This document shows, one piece after another, positions 57,301 to 64,000 of a stretch of DNA of 64,000 nucleotides. This stretch comes from the human T2T-CHM13v2.0 reference genome, Homo sapiens: the NCBI RefSeq assembly GCF_009914755.1, contig NC_060933.1; one strand, 5' to 3'. The position numbers and the translations under genes are program-made. The notes beneath the pieces were generated by a model, which saw only the letters and a program-made list of their open reading frames with translations, made no database searches and was not told the DNA's origin. Position 1 is the first letter of the stretch. Each line of letters opens with the position of its first letter.

Positions 57301-60300
57301 CATTCCATTCCATTCCATTGCAATCGAGTTGATTGCATTCCATTCCTTTCCATTCCATTCCATTGCCTTGCATTCCAATCGGATTTATTCCATTCCCTTC
57401 TTTCCACTCCATTACATTCCCTTCCATTCCACTCGGAATGATTGATTCCATTCCATTCCATTCCATTTCATTCCGTTGCAATCCATTCCAATCTATTCCA
57501 TTCCATTCCATTCGACTAGAGTTGATTTCATACCATTCCTTTCCATTCCATTCCATTCCTTTCCACTCGAGTTGATTCCATTCCATTCCATTCCATTGCA
57601 TTCCATTCCATGCCATTCCACTCGGGTTGATTCCATTCCTTTGCATTCCGTTCCATTCCATTCCATTCCATTCCATTCCATTCCATTCCATTCCATTCCG
57701 TTGTATTCCATTCCATTACATTCGGATTGATTCTATTCAACTCCCTTACTCTCCATTACATTACATTCCATTCGGGTTGTTCCATTCCATTCCATTCCAT
57801 TCCGAATGATTCCATTCCATTGCATTCCATTCGATTACATTCCCCTGCACTCGCGTTGATTCCTTTCCATTCCATTCCATTCCATTCAATTCCATTCTAT
57901 TACAATTCGTTCCATTCCATTCTATTCCGTACCATTCCATTCCATTCCATACCATTCCATTCCGTTCCATTCCATTCCATTCCATTCCATTCCGTTCCAT
58001 TCCGTTCCATTCCATTCCATTTTATTCGGGTTAATTCCATTCCATTCCATTCCATTCCATTCTATTCCATTCCATTGCAATCGAGTTGAATCCATTGCAT
58101 TTCATTCCATTCCATTCCATTCCATTGCATTCCGGAAGATTCCATTCCATTGCATTCCATTCCATTCCATTCCCCTGCACTCGCGTTGATTCCATTCCAT
58201 TCCATTCCATTCCATTCAATTCCATTCCGTTCCTTTCCATTCCATTCCATTCCATTCCATTCCTTTCCATTCCATTACGGATGATTCCATTCCATTGCAT
58301 TCCATTCCATTCCATTCCCCTGTACTCGGGATGATTCCATTCCATTGCATTCCAATCCACGCCCTTCCACTCGTGTTGATTCCATTCTTTCCATTCCATT
58401 CAAGTTGAATCCATTCCATTGTATTCCATTCCATTCGATTCCATTCGATTGCACTCGGGTTGATTCCATTCCATTGCATTCCATTCCATTCCATTCCATT
58501 CCATTCCATTCCGTTCCATTCCATTCCGTTACATTCGGATTGATTCTATTCAATTCCCTTACACTCCATTACATTCCATTCCATTCGGGTAGTTTCCATT
58601 CCATTCCATTCCATTCCTCTCCATTCCATTGCACTCGGGTTGATTCCATTCCATTGCATTCCATTCCATTCCATTCAATTCCATTCCGTTCCATTCCATT
58701 CCATTACATTCGGATTGACTCTATTCAACTCCCTTACTCTCCATTACATTCCATTCCATTCGGGTTGTTCCATTCCATTCCATTCCATTCCACTCCATTC
58801 CATTGCACTCGGGTTTATTCCATTCCATTCCATTCCATTCCATTCCATTCCATTCCATTCCATTCCGGAAGATTCCATTCCATTGCATTCCATTCCATTC
58901 CATTCCCCTGCACTCGAGTTGATTCCATTCCATTCCATTCCATTCCATTCCATTCCATTCCATTCCTTTCCGTTCCATTCCATTCCATTCCATTCCATTC
59001 CGTTCCGTTCCGTTCCGTTCCGTTCCGTTCCATTCCATTCCATTCCATTCTATTCGGGTTAACTCCATTCCATTCCATTCGATTGCAATCGAGTTGATTC
59101 CATTCCATTCCATTCCATTCCATTCCATTCCATTCCTTTCCATTCCATTACGGATGATTCCATTCCATTGCATTCCATTCCCCTGTACTCGGGTTGATTC
59201 CATTCCATTCCATTCCAATCCATGCCATTCCACTCGTGTTGATTCCATTCTTTCCATTCCATTCAAGTTGAATCCATTCCATTGCATTCCATTCATTCGA
59301 TTCCATTCGATTGCACTCGGGTTGATTCCATTCCATTGCATTCCATTCCATTCCATTCCATTCCATTCCATTCCATTCCGTTCCATTCCATTCCATTACA
59401 TTCGGATTGATTCTATTCAATTCCCTTACACTCCATTACATTCCATTCCATTCGGGTAGTTTCCATTCCATTCCATTCCATTCCTCTCCATTCCATTGCA
59501 CTCGGGTTGATTCCATTCCATTGCATTCCATTCCATTCCATTCAATTCCATTCCGTTCCATTGCATTCCATTACATTCGGATTGATTCTATTCAACTCCC
59601 TTACTCTCCATTACATTCCATTCCATTCGGGTTGTTCCATTCCATTCCATTCCATTCCACTCCATTCCATTGCACTCGGGTTTATTCCATTCCATTCCAT
59701 TCCATTCCATTGCATTCCGGAAGATTCCATTCCATTGCATTCCATTCCATTCGAATCCCCTGCACTCGCGTTGATTCCATTCCATTCCATTCCATTCCAT
59801 TCCATTCCATTCCATTCCATTCCATTCCATTTCCGTTCCATTCCATTCCATTCCATTCCATTCCAATCCATTCCATTCCGTTCCGTTCCGTTCCATTCCA
59901 TTCCATTCCATTCTTTTCGGGTTAATTCCATTCCATTCCATTCGATTGAAATCGAGTTGATTCCATTCCATTCCATTCCATTCCATTCCTTTCCTTTCCA
60001 TTCCATTACGGATGATTCCATTCCATTGCATTCCATTCCATTCCATTCCCCTGTACTCGGGTTGATTCCATTCCATTCCATTCCAATCCATGCCATTCCA
60101 CTCGTGTTGTTTCCATTCTTTCCATTCCATTCAAGTTGAATCCATTCCATTGCATTCCATTCCATTCGATTCCATTCGATTGCACTCGGGTTGATTCCAT
60201 TCCATTGCATTCCATTCCATTCCATTTCATTCCATTCCATTCCTTTCCATTCCATTCCATTCCATTCCATTCCATTGCAATCGAGTTGATTCCATTCCAT

Positions 60301-63300
60301 TCCTTTCCATTCCATTCCATTGCCTTGCATTCCAGTCGGGTTGATTCCATTCCCTTCTTTCCACTCCATTACATTCCCTTCCATTCCACTCGAATGATTG
60401 ATTCCATTCCATTCCATTCCATTTCATTCCATTGCTATCCATTCCAATCCATTCCATTCCATTCCATTCCACTCGAGTTGATTTCATTCCATTCCTTTCC
60501 ATTCCATTCCATTCCTTTCCACTCGAGTTGATTCCATTGCATTCCATTCCATTGCATTCCGTTCCATGCCATTCCACTCGGGTTGATTCCATTCCATTCC
60601 ATTCCATTCCATTCCATTCCATTCCATTCCATTGCATTCCATTCCATTCCTTTCCCCTGCACTCGGGTTAATTCCATTCCATTCCATTCCATTTAATTCC
60701 ATTCCATTCCATTCCATTCCATTCCAATCCGTTCCATTCCAGTCCATTCTATTCCATTGCAATCGACTTGATTCCATTCCATTCCATTCCATTCCATTCT
60801 ATTCCATTCCATTCCATTCCATTCCATTTTTTTCCAATCCATTCTATTCCGAACCATTCCATTCCATTCCATTTTTTTCCAATCCATTCTATTCCGAACC
60901 ATTCCATTCCATTCCATTCCATTCCATTCCATTCCAGCCATTCCACTCGGGTTGATTCCATTCCTTTCCATTCCATTCGGGTTGAATCCATTCCACTCCA
61001 TTCCATTCCATTCGAATCCATTCCATTGCACTCGGGTTGATTCCATTCCATTCCATTCCATTCGATTCCATTCCATTCCATTCCATTCCGTTCCATTCCA
61101 TTGCATTACATTCACATTGATTCTATTCAATTCCCTTACACTCCATTATATTCCAATCCATTCTGGTTGTTTCCATTCCATTCCATTCCATTTCACTCCA
61201 TTCCATTGCACTCGGTTTGATTCCATTCCATTCCATTCCATTCCATTCCGGATGATTCCATTCCATTGCATTCCATTCCATTCCATTCCCCTGCACTCAG
61301 GTTGATTCCATTCCATTCCATTCCACTGCATTCGGTTCCGTTCCATTCCATTCTATTGCATTCCATTCTATTCGGGTTAATTCCATTCCATTCTATTCCA
61401 TTCCATTCCATTCCATTGTAATGGAGTTGATTCCCTTCCATTCCATTCCATTCCGGATGATTCCATTCCATTGCATTCCATTCCATTCCATTTCCCTGCA
61501 CTCGTGTTGATTCCATTACCTTCCATTCCATTCCATTCCGTTCCATTCCATTGCATTCCATTCTATTCCGGTTAATTCCATTCCATTCCATTCCATTCCA
61601 TTCCATTCCATTGCAATCGAGTTGATTGCATTCCATTCCTTTCCATTCCATTCCATTGCCTTGCATTCCAATCGGATTGATTCCATTCCCTTCTTTCCAC
61701 TCCATTACATTCCCTTCCATTCCACTCGGAATGATTGATTCCATTCCATTCCATTCCATTTCATTCCGTTGCAATCCATTCCAATCTATTCCATTCCATT
61801 CCATTCCACTCGAGTTGATTTCATTCCATTCCTTTCCATTCCATTCCATTCCTTTCCACTCGAGTTGATTCCATTCCATTCCATTCCATTGCATTCCATT
61901 CCATGCCATTCCACTCGGGTTGATTCCATTCCTTTGCATTCCATTCCATTCCATTCCATTCCATTCCATTCCATTCCATTCCATTCCATTCCGTTGCATT
62001 CCATTCCATTACATTCGGATTGATTCTATTCAACTCCCTTACTCTCCATTACATTACATTCCATTCGGGTTGTTCCATTCCATTCCATTCCATTCCGAAT
62101 GATTCCATTCCATTGCATTCCATTCGATTACATTCCCCTGCACTCGCGTTGATTCCATTCCATTCCATTCCATTCCATTCTATTCCATTCTATTACAATT
62201 CGTTCCATTCCATTCTATTCCGTACCATTCCATTCCATTCCATACCATTCCATTCCATTCCATTCCATTCCATTCCATTCCATTCCATTCCGTTCCATTC
62301 CGTTCCATTCCATTCCATTTTATTCGGGTTAATTCCATTCCATTCCATTCCATTCCATTCTTTTCCATTCCATTGCAATCGAGTTGAATCCATTGCATTT
62401 CATTCCATTCCATTCCATTCCATTGCATTCCGGAAGATTCCATTCCATTGCATTCCATTCCATTCCATTCCCCTGCACTCGCGTTGATTCCATTCCATTC
62501 CATTCCATTCCATTCAATTCCATTCCGTTCCGTTCCATTCCATTCCATTCCATTCCATTCCTTTCCATTCCATTACGGATGATTCCATTCCATTGCATTC
62601 CATTCCATTCCATTCCCCTGTACTCGGGATGATTCCATTCCATTGCATTCCAATCCATGCCCTTCCACTCGTGTTGATTCCATTCTTTCCATTCCATTCA
62701 AGTTGAATCCATTCCATTGTATTCCATTCCATTCGATTCCATTCGATTGCACTTGGGTTGATACCATTCCATTGCATTCCATTCCATTCCATTCCATTCC
62801 ATTCCATTCCGTTCCATTCCATTCCATTACATTCGGATTGATTCTATTCAATTCCCTTACACTCCATTACATTCCATTCCATTCGGGTAGTTTCCATTCC
62901 ATTCCATTCCATTCCTCTCCATTCCATTGCACTCGGGTTGATTCCATTCCATTGCATTCCATTCCATTCCATTCAATTCCATTCCGTTCCATTCCATTCC
63001 ATTACATTCGGATTGACTCTATTCAACTCCCTTACTCTCCATTACATTCCATTCCATTCGGGTTGTTCCATTCCATTCCATTCCATTCCACTCCATTCCA
63101 TTGCACTCGGGTTTATTCCATTCCATTCCACAACATTCCATTCCATTCCATTCCATTCCATTCCGGAAGATTCCATTCCATTGCATTCCATTCCATTACA
63201 TTCCCCTGCACTCGCGTTGATTCCATTCCATTCCATTCCATTCCATTCCATTCCATTCCTTTCCGTTCCATTGCATTCCATTCCATTCCATTCGATTCCA

Positions 63301-64000
63301 TTCCATTCCGTTCCGTTCCGTTCCGTTCCGTTCCATTCCATTCCATTCCATTCTATTCGGGTTAACTCCATTCCATTCCATTCGATTGCAATCGAGTTGA
63401 TTCCATTCCATTCCATTCCATTCCATTCCATTCCATTCCATTCCATTACGGATGATTCCATTCCATTGCATTCCATTCCATTCCATTCCCCTGTACTCGG
63501 GTTGATTCCATTCCATTCCATTCCAATCCATGCCATTCCACTCGTGTTGATTCCATTCTTTCCATTCCATTCAAGTTGAATCCATTCCATTGCATTCCAT
63601 TCCATTCCATTCCCCTGCAGTCGGGTTGACTCCATTCCATTCCATTCCTTTCCATTCCATTCCATTCCATTCCGTTCCGTTCCGTTCCGTTCCATTCCAT
63701 TCCATTCTATTCGGGTTAATTCCATTCCATTCCATTCCATTCCAATCGAGTTGATTCCATTCCATTCCATTCCATTCCATTCCACTCCATTCCAGTCCTT
63801 TCCATTCCATTCCACTCGTGTTGATTCCATTCCCTTCCATTCCATTCCATACCATTCCATTCCATTCCATTCCGTTCCATTCCGTTCCATTCCATTCCAT
63901 TCCATTCTATTCGGATTAATTCCATTCCATTCCATTCCATTCCATTCTATTCCATTCCGTTGCAATCGAGTTGAATCCATTGCATTTCATTCCATTCCAT
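51310..64000 (+). repeat. Higher-order tandem block, ~4.3-4.4-kb unit, three copies (third runs off the window end)
   Basis: CCAGCC at 52256, 56636 and 60914. CACATTGATT at 52435, 56815 and 61113. CTCGGGATGATT at ~53930, ~58325 and ~62623. ORF triplets 52953/57333/61626 and 53636/58031/62329. Confidence 0.9.
54616..55015 (+). repeat. Two (CGTTC)n/(GTTCC)n variant microsatellite runs (7 and 8 units) within the CATTC array
   Basis: CGTTC x7 at 54616-54650 and GTTCC x8 at 54976-55015. Confidence 0.85.

Larger units (their letters stand above)
1..64000 (+). repeat. Satellite III (HSat3) array, (CATTC)n/(GAATG)n with interspersed A(C/T)TCGGGTTG decamers; pericentromeric heterochromatin, primate (most likely human)
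   Basis: Every line is CATTC pentamers with single-base variants. ACTCGGGTTG, ATTCGGGTTA, ATCGAGTTG and ACTCGCGTTG interruptions occur every ~50-150 bp. This matches the classical satellite 3 definition, (ATTCC)n plus A(T/C)TCGGGTTG. The C-rich strand stays on + throughout, with no inversion. Subfamily and chromosome cannot be assigned by eye. Confidence 0.97.

Noticed and set aside
28-63980. Hundreds of ORFs in all six frames, up to 437 aa
   Set aside because: A 5-bp repeat without stop codons translates as (IPFHS)n or (MEWNG)n in every frame. The ORFs overlap on both strands and show no domain, codon bias or gene structure.
1-64000. CRISPR-like alternation of conserved decamers and intervening sequence
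   Set aside because: The intervening sequence is itself CATTC repeat of variable length rather than unique spacers. There are no cas genes or leader.
1-64000. Assignment to HSat2, alpha satellite or a telomeric repeat
   Set aside because: It lacks the dominant CATTCGATTC/GATGAT pattern of HSat2, 171-bp alphoid monomers, a recognisable CENP-B box and TTAGGG.
1-64000. Assignment to a specific array (DYZ1 3.6-kb unit, chr15 1.8-kb unit, chr9q12)
   Set aside because: No regular 3.6-kb or 1.8-kb period is visible. Chromosome and subfamily need a k-mer search against T2T assemblies, which I cannot run.
1-64000. Inversion or large hairpin within the array
   Set aside because: No GAATG-rich tract occurs on the + strand. 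Palindromes are limited to 6-8 bp (TCCGGA, TTCCGGAA, CTGCAG, CTCGAG, GAATTC).

Overview
The whole 64 kb window is one uninterrupted array of classical human/primate Satellite III (HSat3) pericentromeric DNA in a single orientation. The + strand is C-rich (CATTC)n, punctuated by the diagnostic decamer A(C/T)TCGGGTTG and its variants. I see no genes, RNA genes, Alu/L1 insertions, alpha satellite or CRISPR. The listed ORFs are artefacts of a 5-bp repeat read in triplets (IPFHS on +, MEWNG on -). The real structure is architectural. (i) The array is built from a small vocabulary of about 100-400 bp modules joined in a branching order. (ii) There are two local ~4.3-kb higher-order tandem blocks (about 15.3-26.4 kb and 51.3-64 kb), plus long-range and small duplications and a diverged island near 34-35 kb. 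(iii) The 5-bp register almost always slips by -1 nt, at fixed motifs. (iv) About 30 perfect three-unit heat-shock elements (aTTCc-gGAAg-aTTCc) sit in one recurrent module. I found no protein-coding 'new system'. The HSE-bearing module and the module grammar are the best leads. Coordinates were read by eye, so block boundaries are approximate.
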